A stretch of DNA of 64,000 nt from Mantamonas sphyraenae STR306 (taxonomy: Eukaryota > Protista > CRuMs): positions 62,001 through 126,000 of the forward strand of contig JAPMXV010000071.1 in the NCBI GenBank assembly GCA_026936335.1. Direction: 5' to 3'. Below, piece after piece: positions 48,101 through 58,081 of the stretch; the first letter of the stretch is position 1; every line of letters begins with the position of its first letter. The notes under the pieces are model-generated. The model saw only the letters and a program-made list of their open reading frames with translations. It searched no databases and was not told the DNA's origin. Both the position numbers and the translations under genes were made by a program.

Positions 48101-48839
48101 GTTTGACGAACCGCTGGTGAAGGGATCGATCATGAACAGGGCCTTCTTCCGGTCGCTGGAGACGTCGTTGCCGCTTGACGTGAACATCAGCGAGGCGATC
48201 AATCTGCAGTTGGGACCGCAGGCTGCTTTCTCGCACAAGTTCCGCTCGCACCAGAGCAAACGGCGACTGCTCAGCGCACGCAGCGAGTTTGTCAAATCGC
48301 CGGACAACCACGAGGCGGAACGGTACAGTGTGCACAGCAACGTGGCACACAACAGCAACTTTGGTTCGGTGCCTACCCTCGAGCCCAGCGATCCGCACGA
48401 TGTCTACTCACCACGCAAGCTGCATCGTCGCCAATCTACGATTCCCAAGCATACCACGTCTGCACGTCCACACACAGCCCACGGGTACAGTGGTGGTGGT
48501 GGCGGCAGTGGCGATGGCGAACCGTTGAACGCCACCGCTGGCACGGTGGGAACCATGGGCAGCACAGGCAGCAGCGGAAGCAACACTGTGGTGGCCATGG
48601 AAAACGACATGCAGGAGACAGCCACATCGCTGGTGTCTCACAAGGTGCTGCTGGGCTTCCAAGAGCTGCTTGTGAAAACCAACGCCGAGCAGCGACGCAA
48701 CACTCAGAAGCAGCGCAAGAAACGACAGGGCAAAACCTATTCGGGTCGATTCCCAGTGGCGCCAGTCAGCATTGCGCCATCGAAACTGTCGCTGAGCAGG
48801 GGACGCAAACCAGCGAAGCAGCCCAAGACCTCTGGGTGA
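45124..48839 (+). CDS. Large hypothetical protein (coiled coil, ARM-like repeat, low-complexity tail); intron ~46149-46246; frame break at ~48021
   Basis: Contiguous ORFs 45052-46224, 46166-48028 and 48042-48839; GLARLFELL..IRRLAAKLLVYLAYNNRDNQ. Confidence 0.6.
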
Positions 48840-48905
48840 AGAAGAATTGTTTGATTGTTGATGAAGGGGCGAAGGTGGATCCATCCCAACTTCCCCACAT
48901 ACCGA

Positions 48906-51900
48906 ATGTACGAGGAGTTGGATTTGAGCAGTGATGAGGAAGATGGGGGCGGCGTGGTGGTGGTTGCACTGACGCCACAGGAGAGACGTGCGCAAGCGGG
49001 CGGACGCACGTACGGCTTTACCACGCCCGCAAGCACGGCGGTGGCCAGTGGAGTGGGCGAAAGTGTGTCTGGAGCGGGGCACACAAGCACAACAAACACA
49101 TCGTCTGTTTCAAGTGGCCAGGAGCAGGGTCAGGGCACGCGTGGGGGCGTGTTCTTGCCGCCTGTGGATGCAAGCGACGCGGCGGCAACCCGCAACAGCA
49201 ACGGGGGCAGCAACAGACATGCAGAAGGGACGAAAGACGAGCAACAAGTCATGGACGAACTGTGGGACGCAGCACTGCTGTCGTCGGCGTCAGAGTCGTC
49301 GGTGACAAGCAGCAGCGGGGCCAGCGAGCGACTGCGTGAGACGGCGCGGCAGAGCGGCGCGTTGTCGACGTCGACGGGCTCTGTGGCGGCCGGATCGACC
49401 ACCTCTGTGCACAGCCACCACACAGGGGCACTGGAAGCCGAGGACGTGTTTGTCAGCCCTTACATTGAAATCGATGACCTCATGGCCTCGGACAGCGAGG
49501 GAAGCGAACGATCGGGCGGTCCACGAGCCGCTTTGCTTGGTTCAGACGGTCCGGGTGACCGGCACGGCGATGGAAACGACGATGCCGAGGACGGGATGGG
49601 TCACAAAGTGGGCTTGGAAAGCAGCACATTGTCCCTGTCGAGCGGGGTGGAGTCGACGACACGGGAGGCCATTGAACAGGCGAGGCTTGTGTGGGACCCG
49701 CGCACGCGAGCGCAAATTGCAGCGGGCACGTTCTCAGACAGCACCGGCGAGCCTGGATCGTCGCCGTATGACATTGACGTGGAGCATGAACTGCAAATCC
49801 AGGCGGCGCACGGCAACATGGGCGACCTGGACGGCTATGAACCAGACGGCCAGTATTACGCCGTCGACGATGATTACTACGCATACCAAAACGATGCGGC
49901 GAACGACAATTCGGGATGGGCGTCTGACAGCGAACATGCGTACGAAAACTACCCTTTCCCCTATCCAGATGTGCTCGACGGCGGGGCCGATGCAGATGCA
50001 CAGGGCAGCGCCGCCCTGAGCCTTCCCACCAACGATTGGCACATGGATGCGTTTGACACCGATGAGGCACTCGGCTCGGGCTCATCTGGCGTCTCACTCA
50101 GCGAGAGCTTTTCCACATCATCGTTGAACGAGAGTGCTGCAGGCGGGTCAAGTGTGCCCTGGCTCGCCGTGCCAGCGCAGGGTGGCACGGGGAGCGACAG
50201 CAGCACGAGTCCAGTGGGCTCACCGCGTGGTGGTGGAAGCAGTGGAACAGGCTCTGGTGCAGGTGCAGGGAGCAGCAGTGGGGCCAAGCGACGCAAGCGG
50301 CGCAAGAGTTCGCGGCGCAGGCAAAAGGTCAAAGATTGGAACGCAGAGTTTCAGGACATCATTGACGGGCTGGAGAAGACGTCCGAGGACCAGGCAACGG
50401 CCATGTACAACCGACTGCGGCATCTGGCACACGACTTTGTGGCCATCGCAAAGCGATACGGCGAAATCATCATTTCGGAGTACTGCCTGCCTGACGAGCA
50501 GAAAACCATCCGGCCGGTGTCCATCGGTGGGCAGGCTGGTGGGGACAAGTACATTTGCCAGAACATTCTTTTCAAGTTTGCCATCGACCGCGGCCTGTAC
50601 AACGGGGACGAGTACGCAGCGAAAGCTGCTGGCCACGACCTGAAGGGTCTCATGAGCTACTTCAACGTGCGCACGCCGGACATCCACCTGCCACTCATGG
50701 CTCTGATTGACTACCGTGGCTTCCGTCTCATTGCCTTGTCGTTCCTGCCCATCCAGAAGGAAACAATCATCTACGGTTCCTGCGACGCCAAGGAGATCCA
50801 CGCCAGCGACCATCGGTTCAACACAATCATGTCTCAGTTTGGCAAGCGCCTGAATCTCAAGGGGCACCGTGTGGGTCATCCGTCCAATGCATGCACCATC
50901 CACGGACCGGGCGACATCGAGGGCCACCTGGGAACAGATGGGCGTTACTACCTGATCGACTTTGCACGTCTGATGCCCCCAGAGCCACCGCGTGGCACAG
51001 GATTCAAGGGGGGGCATCTGTTCCGTCTGCTGCGTCCGGAACTGGTCAAGTTGAGCTCCGTGCCCCTGAGCAGCGATGCATTCACGCGGTTTGGCCAGCA
51101 CAACAACCACATTCACAACGAAGAAGTGCGACAGGCGACGAAGCTGCGGGACCACGTGCTGATCCCAGAGTTTGCACGATGGCTGGACAGTCAGCCCGAC
51201 GCCGAGTTGCAACAGCTGCGACTGAGCGAGTTGATGCATCGCAAGGGCATCAATGTGCGGTGCTGTGGGCGAGTGCGTGCTTGTAGCACGAGTGTACAGG
51301 TGCGGAAGCTGCTGCTTCAGGAGATGGTTGTACGAACGATCAAAAACACCCTGCGGGAAGTGTTGCGCATGCGCATGCGTGAGAATGGCATGCTGAGCGA
51401 GGAACCATACCATCACGCGGTGGTTTCGTATCTGAACCTGGTTCTGGGCAACCACACACACGCAGAGGCAAGCCGTGCGTACTGGGTGGGTGACCTGAAG
51501 CCGCGGCTGGTTCGGCATTTTGTGTACGCGCTGAACAGCGACGAACTGCTGCCCGAGTACGACCTGCGTGCCACAATGGACTTGTACAGTGTGTTCCATC
51601 GGCTGCAGGGCATGTGCGGCATCACGTTCTCGGACGAGGCGCTGCGTGAGTTGCGCGAGAGCTCGCGCGAGTTTGAGTTTGTCGACCCGGACATCCAGAA
51701 GATCGAGGCCACGGTGAAGCACATGAACCTGATTGCGCATGCAGAAGGCAGCGCTCTGTACATCCAGGCCATGCAGCGGAGTGGCAAGGAGGGCGAACGG
51801 TTGCTGAAGCGGGCTGTGGAAAAGTTCCGCGAGGCCATCCAAAGCAGTCCGGACAACTTTGTCACGTTGCACCAGTGGGGAAACGCCCTGTTTCGCATGG

Positions 51901-54326
51901 CCATGATGCGTGAGGCCAACCTGTACAGTGGCGCAGACGTGATGCAGGAACTGCGGGTGATGGAGTCGTTTTTCCGAGAGGCCGAACTGAAGTTCCAAGA
52001 GGCGCTGCAGATCAGCAGCACAGCGCACGAGGTGCAGTACAGCTGGGGCAACATGAAACTGGCACATGCCATCATCATCGGGGACACGCTCGGTGATACC
52101 GTGCGGCAGGGGTCGCTGTTGGAGAGTGCGGGCGAGCACTATGAGCGTGCATTTGCGTTGCATCCCGCGTACCAACTGCGTCTGCATTGGCTGGCCGATC
52201 TGGAGAACCGCAAACAGCTTGCCATCATGGTGCACGTGGACCAACAGAACGCACGATATGCGTTTGAGCCGTACCAGGGATCGCAGCATCGCAGGCAGAC
52301 GAGCGACGGTGGCGAGGAGCTGGCCGATCTGGACGATCTGGGTCTGGGTCTGGGAGGAGGATTGGCATCGGGTGGAGTGTCCACGTCGTCGTCCTCATCG
52401 TCCCTGTCGTCGCTGAGCAGCGGCGGGCGCCCGACAGGCCATCATGGAGGACATGGTCCGTTCCAGCATCCACACTCGCCCGTGGGTGCAATGTGGGGCG
52501 GCGGAGGCATGCATCCGTCGCTTTCATCATCGTCACTGGCGTCGTCGTCGTCCACAAACTCGCTAAGCTCGTATCTGGACGAGTCGGAAGCGGCACACCA
52601 ACAGCACCGGCACCATTCGATGCGCGTGCACGGCGTGGTGGCGCCCATGGGCTCCTCATCCTCTTCATCTTCCTCGTTCGTGTCTGAGAACGACGGCCCG
52701 AGCTCCGGACTGGGCCGCACGACGAGCATGGAGCCGTACGAGTTGTATGTGGTGGACCTGTGCCACCTGAGCGAATTTGTAGACGACAAATTGATTGAGA
52801 ACCTGGCGTTGAACAACAACGAGATGCGCATCCTGCGCGTGCATCACTGCCGCAACCTGACCGACCGCAGCATCGAGGCGCTAAGCGAGTGCTGCCCCGA
52901 GCTGGAGGAACTGCGGGTGAGCAACTGCGAAGAGTTGACGTCGACGGCGATGCACAACCTCTTGGCCAATTGCTACGAATTGCAATCGCTGGACGTGAGT
53001 GGATGCACTGGGTTGGGACCGGAGTTCCTGGTGGATGTGACGATGGCCACGTCGCAGCTGCGAGTGCTGCGTGCAGACAGGGTACCATTGACAGACGCGG
53101 CACTGTGCAAGGTAGGCCAAAGCACCGAGGAGCTGCGTGTGCTGATGCTGAACGGATGCCGCGACGTGACGGACGACGGCATGCTTGCGGTGGCGGCGAC
53201 CAACCACAAGCTGCGTGTGCTGCACCTGGCAAGGTGTCGCTCAGTGAGCAACAAGTGCATTGGGATGGTGGCCCAACACTGCTGGCAAGACCTGGTGGAG
53301 CTGAATCTGGATTCGTGTCGCATCACGGACGAAGGAATCAACGCGCTGGTGTACCGCAAGGTGGCTCTGCGCACATTGGTACTGAGCAAGTGCACTGGCA
53401 TCACAGATGTTGCGTTGATTGCACTGAGCAGACAGATGGGCAGCACTCTGACGTCGTTGGATTTGAGCAGCTGCAGACAGGTGGCAGACAAGGGCGTGTC
53501 GCAAATAGCGTCGAATTGCACGCAGCTGCGCATGTTGCGGCTGGACGACTGTGTCAACGTGTCCAACGTCAGTGTGGCCGAGGTGTGCACGCAATGCACG
53601 GAGCTGCGCGTGCTGTCGCTGTCCAAACTGACTCGTGTGAGCGACGCCGGTATCATGCCGCTGGCCACGCATTGCCAGCATCTGCACGAGCTGGACCTGG
53701 GTGGCATGGTCAAAGTGACCAACGCGGCGATCTTGGCCATTGCCGACGGTCACTGCCAGCTGACCAAGCTTGTTCTGGAGGGCTGTGTCAAGGTGTCGGA
53801 CGAGGCCGTGTCTGCGGTGGCTGTGTTCAATCCCATGCTGACGTCGCTGAACATTCGCATGTGCGAGCTGGTGACAGACAACGCCATCAGCGCCCTGGCG
53901 CTGAATTGCCCGCAGCTGCGGTCGCTGCACCTGGAGATGAACTACAACGTGACCAACATGTCGATTGTGCAGGTGGCCAGCCATTGCCGTGCACTGCAGC
54001 ACCTGTCCATCAACCGCTGCAAGCACATCTCGGATATTGCCATCGACGCCGTGGCCACGTACTGTTCCCTGCTGCGCACGTTGAATCTCAAGGCCAACCG
54101 CAATATCAGCGGAGTGTCCATTGTGCGTATTATTGAAGAGTGTCGCTGGCTGCGCACGCTCATTTTGGAGGGAGTCAAGAACTTGGACGACACCGTGCTG
54201 ATCAGCATTGTTGAGAACGGTGAGAACCTGGCCAAGCTTAGCCTGGACAACAACGGACGCTTCTCGCAGGACGTGCGACAGATGCTCATTGACGGGCGAC
54301 CGGGATTGCAGGTGTTGCGATGGTGA
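48906..54326 (+). CDS. Clu-domain plus TPR-like plus Cys-containing (AMN1/FBXL-type) LRR protein, intronless
   Basis: DWNAEFQ, GGQAGGDKY, PLMALIDYRGFRL, DIEGHLGTDGRYYLIDFARLMPPE, LLRPELV, MHRKGINVR; about 18 LxxCxxITD repeats. Confidence 0.88.
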   Translation: MYEELDLSSDEEDGGGVVVVALTPQERRAQAGGRTYGFTTPASTAVASGVGESVSGAGHTSTTNTSSVSSGQEQGQGTRGGVFLPPVDASDAAATRNSNGGSNRHAEGTKDEQQVMDELWDAALLSSASESSVTSSSGASERLRETARQSGALSTSTGSVAAGSTTSVHSHHTGALEAEDVFVSPYIEIDDLMASDSEGSERSGGPRAALLGSDGPGDRHGDGNDDAEDGMGHKVGLESSTLSLSSGVESTTREAIEQARLVWDPRTRAQIAAGTFSDSTGEPGSSPYDIDVEHELQIQAAHGNMGDLDGYEPDGQYYAVDDDYYAYQNDAANDNSGWASDSEHAYENYPFPYPDVLDGGADADAQGSAALSLPTNDWHMDAFDTDEALGSGSSGVSLSESFSTSSLNESAAGGSSVPWLAVPAQGGTGSDSSTSPVGSPRGGGSSGTGSGAGAGSSSGAKRRKRRKSSRRRQKVKDWNAEFQDIIDGLEKTSEDQATAMYNRLRHLAHDFVAIAKRYGEIIISEYCLPDEQKTIRPVSIGGQAGGDKYICQNILFKFAIDRGLYNGDEYAAKAAGHDLKGLMSYFNVRTPDIHLPLMALIDYRGFRLIALSFLPIQKETIIYGSCDAKEIHASDHRFNTIMSQFGKRLNLKGHRVGHPSNACTIHGPGDIEGHLGTDGRYYLIDFARLMPPEPPRGTGFKGGHLFRLLRPELVKLSSVPLSSDAFTRFGQHNNHIHNEEVRQATKLRDHVLIPEFARWLDSQPDAELQQLRLSELMHRKGINVRCCGRVRACSTSVQVRKLLLQEMVVRTIKNTLREVLRMRMRENGMLSEEPYHHAVVSYLNLVLGNHTHAEASRAYWVGDLKPRLVRHFVYALNSDELLPEYDLRATMDLYSVFHRLQGMCGITFSDEALRELRESSREFEFVDPDIQKIEATVKHMNLIAHAEGSALYIQAMQRSGKEGERLLKRAVEKFREAIQSSPDNFVTLHQWGNALFRMAMMREANLYSGADVMQELRVMESFFREAELKFQEALQISSTAHEVQYSWGNMKLAHAIIIGDTLGDTVRQGSLLESAGEHYERAFALHPAYQLRLHWLADLENRKQLAIMVHVDQQNARYAFEPYQGSQHRRQTSDGGEELADLDDLGLGLGGGLASGGVSTSSSSSSLSSLSSGGRPTGHHGGHGPFQHPHSPVGAMWGGGGMHPSLSSSSLASSSSTNSLSSYLDESEAAHQQHRHHSMRVHGVVAPMGSSSSSSSSFVSENDGPSSGLGRTTSMEPYELYVVDLCHLSEFVDDKLIENLALNNNEMRILRVHHCRNLTDRSIEALSECCPELEELRVSNCEELTSTAMHNLLANCYELQSLDVSGCTGLGPEFLVDVTMATSQLRVLRADRVPLTDAALCKVGQSTEELRVLMLNGCRDVTDDGMLAVAATNHKLRVLHLARCRSVSNKCIGMVAQHCWQDLVELNLDSCRITDEGINALVYRKVALRTLVLSKCTGITDVALIALSRQMGSTLTSLDLSSCRQVADKGVSQIASNCTQLRMLRLDDCVNVSNVSVAEVCTQCTELRVLSLSKLTRVSDAGIMPLATHCQHLHELDLGGMVKVTNAAILAIADGHCQLTKLVLEGCVKVSDEAVSAVAVFNPMLTSLNIRMCELVTDNAISALALNCPQLRSLHLEMNYNVTNMSIVQVASHCRALQHLSINRCKHISDIAIDAVATYCSLLRTLNLKANRNISGVSIVRIIEECRWLRTLILEGVKNLDDTVLISIVENGENLAKLSLDNNGRFSQDVRQMLIDGRPGLQVLRW

Positions 54327-54388
54327 GTGGATTGGGATTGGGGAGAGCGTGGCAAAGAGAATTGTCCTCGAGCGAAAACGCACCGGAG

Positions 54389-56399
54389 ATGGAGGATAAA
54401 GACGACGCAGTGGCCACATTTGTTTCTCTTTCGGGATTGGATGCAGAGCGAGCAAGGCAGGTGCTGGCAGCGAATGGATGGAACTTGGAATTCTGCACAA
54501 ACTGCGTCCTGGAAGGGAAGCAGCCCGGCAGCGACGGGAGCTTCGACAGCATGGAAACAGACAGCGCTCTGGGCTTCTCTGGCTTTGGAACGGGTGGGAT
54601 GGGAGGTGGAGGTGGATCCAGGACCAGCAACAGCAGTGGAGGGTCGATGTCAGGATCGAAGCGGAAGCAGCCGGACGAAGGAGAAGCGCGGAAGATTGCA
54701 GAAGTGGTGAGCATCACTGGATGCGAGCCAGACAGCGCACAGAATGCACTGGAGGTGAGTGACCGGATGCGTGGGAGACGTATGGACCAATGCAACGAGA
54801 TGGAGCACGCGTGGCAAGGCCGCATTGGGCCTTTGCGCGCTCGCGCAATTCTCGCGACAACGGCCCGAGACAACTGAGCCGTAGATATGGGACAGATTGC
54901 TGACACAGCAGGAATGGGCTTTTCGAAATGGCTTTGTGACACTGTCACTGGGCCACACACAGGCGTCTGGATACGATGTGGCATTCTGTGTGAACGAGTA
55001 CCTGTCCGGTCGGACGGAACTGTTCGAGTGAGTTGACTGACGGGTGTTGGCTGTTGCGAGAAGCACGCCGTGTCATGATGCACTCAGTCGCCACGTACAC
55101 TGACACCAGGTGTGGCGGCACCGTACTCATCTACCACAGAGGAAATGGAGGGATGGGTGGCGGTGGAGGGCTGGAAGACGACGTGCGCGCGCCGATCTTG
55201 GCCAAGAACGATGTCCTGGCTGGCAACATGGGCAACCTGCGATGTGAGTGACCCCGCGCGTGTGACACTGTGTGACACGTTGTGTGGACGAGTGTCCTCT
55301 TGGAAACTGACACAGCCACGCAGCCAACTACGGAGTGACTCGGGGTGGCAATTCCTTCCAGGCGCCGCGGGCAGTGTTCCAAGTGGACCCTTTTGCAGAC
55401 TTTAAGGGCGCACGAGACAAGAAAGGGGCGGAAAAGAGGCAGAGGCTGGCCGAGATGTTCAAACCGCCTTTGGATCTGATCTATCAGGGCGATTTCAACG
55501 AGGCGCGAGCGTTTGCCAAGGCCCAAGGCAAGATGGTGATTGTAAACATCCAAAAGAACGACGAGTTTGCGTCGCAGGCGCTGAACAGGGACCTGTGGAA
55601 CAGGGATGAGGTGAAGGAGGTGGTGCAGGACTACTTTGTGTTCTGGCAGCAAGAGGAGAGCACGCTGAGTGGCAAGCAGTTCCTGTCATGGTACCCGACG
55701 TCATCTCTGCCATGCATTTGTCTCATTGATGCACGCACGGGCGAACGCGTGCAGCACTTTGAGGGCCAGGTGAAACGCGACTCGTTTGTGAACATCCTGA
55801 AGCTTCATCGCAACCTAGCCCTGGGCCTGTCCGAGTCCGAGGTGGAAGAAGAGGATGAAGAAGAGGGTGGAAGCTCGACCATGCTGACAGAGGAGGAGAT
55901 GCTGAAGCGGGCCATGGCCGAGTCGATGGGCATGACGGTGGAGGAGCTGGAAAAGGTGCAGAACGAGAACAGCACAACGACCACATCCACAACAACGACG
56001 TCCGGTGGATCAGACGCAATGGACGAACAAGAGACAAGCGGTGAAGGTGGTGGCGGAAGTGGCGATGCAACGGACGCAATGGACGAGGAGGAAACCGAGG
56101 GAGCAGGCGGCAGCGAATGGCAGGTTCCCACGCCCGACGTGGACGAGGACAGGGAACGAGACTGCACGGTGATGCTTCAAATGCCGTCGGGTGATCGTTT
56201 GGAGGGCCAGTTCAACAAGGAGGACCCACTGGCAGTGGTGCACAACCACGTACAGGCGCACATGGGCGAGGAGTTTACACCGTTTGAGTTGATGCAGCGT
56301 TTCCCGAAAAAGGTGTATGGCATGGAGGACATGGAGAGCACGCTGAAGGAGTTGGATTTGGATGGGGCAATGCTGGCTGTGCGACCGCTGGAAGAATGA
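54389..56399 (+). CDS. UBXN7/Ubx5-like p97 adaptor (two UBA-like, UAS, UIM, UBX); about 3 introns
   Basis: VATFVSLSG..LAANGWNLE; VVSITGC..ALE-ASGYDV; EDDVRAPI; LAEMFKPP; LNRDLW; TEEEMLKRAMAES; UBX with FP motif. Confidence 0.88.
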
Positions 56400-56423
56400 C
56401 ATGGCACCACATTCTGCTATTCG

Positions 56424-58031
56424 CTATTCTACATTTTGAATTTGCTCTCGGAATTGATCGATGCTGGTCTTGAGCTCGAGTCCCGTGCGTGTCAGATCCA
56501 GCGTGCTGCTCTTTGCAGCGAGTGTGTTTGACTCGCGCACCAATTCCTGACACAGGAACTCCAGGCGACGACCTTGGGGCCCGCCGTCGACCAAACTCTG
56601 GCCCATGGACACGATGTGAGCGCGCATCCGCTCGATTTCCTCGCGTACATCTGCAGGGAGATTGAGTCGATCACGTGGCGAGCTTCGTGCGCGCACGGGT
56701 CGCTTGGAAGGGCCCTGCGCAGCAGCGGCAGCTGTGTGTTCCAGCTGGGTCGCCAGTTCCAGCAGCTGTGTGCTCAGAATCTTCTTGAGATGGGCACCCT
56801 CGACGGCACGAGACTCGCGCAGCTGTTCAAACGCCTGCCACACGGAGTCATTCAAACGTTCTATCAGCTCCTGGCGCGCTGTTTCTTCGCGATGGGCCTC
56901 GCCGACCACCTGCGCACGCCGTTCGTCCTGCGCGTCTGCAGCAAGCCCCAGGGCCAGAGAAAGCACAGCATCGGCTCGTGGGGCACTGGGTTTCAGGCCA
57001 TGTTTTCTCAGACTGGCGTCTGCTTGCTTCAGGGCGCGTGCGACTTGGTCAAACAGACGGACAGCTGTCTGTGCGTCGTCCAGCTGCCTCCATGCATCCA
57101 TGCGTCCTACCACAGCGTCCATGGGCACCTCATCCAACGGGGACTGACCCGACGCCGACGGACGTTGGCGTGGGTAGACGCGGAGGCGGCCGACAACCGT
57201 GCCCCGATGCACAATCTTGTCCACCATGCGCTTGGCTTCGAATTCCACCTCTGGGTACGCCGTAGCCACAGGCCATGTGAGCGTGAGGCCTCGTCCGTTG
57301 AGAGAGCGGAATTCCACATCCCACGCGTGTGCCTTGTGGCTGCCGCTGACTCGTCCAAAGCCCGTCATGCTGTGCAGCGTCGCCTCGCCAGTGCCTTCGC
57401 CGTCCAGCATGCTCTGCAACTCGTGGGCAAACATTTCAAAGCCAGAGTGGCCACCACTGTTGTTGTTGTTGTTGTTGTTGATGCTGCTACTGCTGCTGCT
57501 GCTGCTGCTCTGTTTGTCTTTTGCCGGGTCTTGGTTCTGGTCGTCGTCGTCGTCGTCGTCGTCCCTTGGACTGTGTTCGTCATGCTCAGCTTGCCTATCC
57601 GTGTCCTGAAAGGCACTGGCAAACAAAGTCTCCATGCGTTCGTCCTCAATGGCTCTGCGGTGAGCTTGCTCGCTCACGTGACTCCTGCTCTGAAGCGGCG
57701 GCAACGCCCACTCGTCCTCGCTCTCTGCCTGACCCAATTCGTCCAAGTCGACCCAAAGTCGCTCCACCTCCTCCTGCACCGCCACTGGTGTCACGCCATT
57801 CACGTCATGGTCGCTCATCCCGTGTTCCGGTTCTATCACTTTGCTCAGTCTGGCTTGCATGCTTGCATCCAAAGCTTGCTGCACTCGCCGATTATGCTCC
57901 TTGTTGCCCTTTGTATCGTCTGCTTCTCGCAGCAGCCATGTTCCCATGTGCCTCCTTGCCAACTCCTGCTCCTGTATTCGCCTCTCAATGTGTCCACGCG
58001 CCACCCAAGAACAAGAACGCCGCACAAACAT
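56424..58031 (-). CDS. yicC: YicC/YloC-family endoribonuclease (YicC_N plus DUF1732) with a long N-terminal extension
   Basis: LHSMTGFGR, WDVEFRSLNGRGL, HRGTV, DVREEIERMRAH, GRRLEFLCQELVRESNTLAAKS, GLELKTSIDQFREQIQNVE-stop. Confidence 0.9.
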   Translation of the reverse strand: MFVRRSCSWVARGHIERRIQEQELARRHMGTWLLREADDTKGNKEHNRRVQQALDASMQARLSKVIEPEHGMSDHDVNGVTPVAVQEEVERLWVDLDELGQAESEDEWALPPLQSRSHVSEQAHRRAIEDERMETLFASAFQDTDRQAEHDEHSPRDDDDDDDDQNQDPAKDKQSSSSSSSSSINNNNNNNSGGHSGFEMFAHELQSMLDGEGTGEATLHSMTGFGRVSGSHKAHAWDVEFRSLNGRGLTLTWPVATAYPEVEFEAKRMVDKIVHRGTVVGRLRVYPRQRPSASGQSPLDEVPMDAVVGRMDAWRQLDDAQTAVRLFDQVARALKQADASLRKHGLKPSAPRADAVLSLALGLAADAQDERRAQVVGEAHREETARQELIERLNDSVWQAFEQLRESRAVEGAHLKKILSTQLLELATQLEHTAAAAAQGPSKRPVRARSSPRDRLNLPADVREEIERMRAHIVSMGQSLVDGGPQGRRLEFLCQELVRESNTLAAKSSTLDLTRTGLELKTSIDQFREQIQNVE

Positions 58032-58081
58032 TCGCTCTCGTTTCTCTGGTTTGCATTGCGCTTGCATTGTCCCACTTCCAC

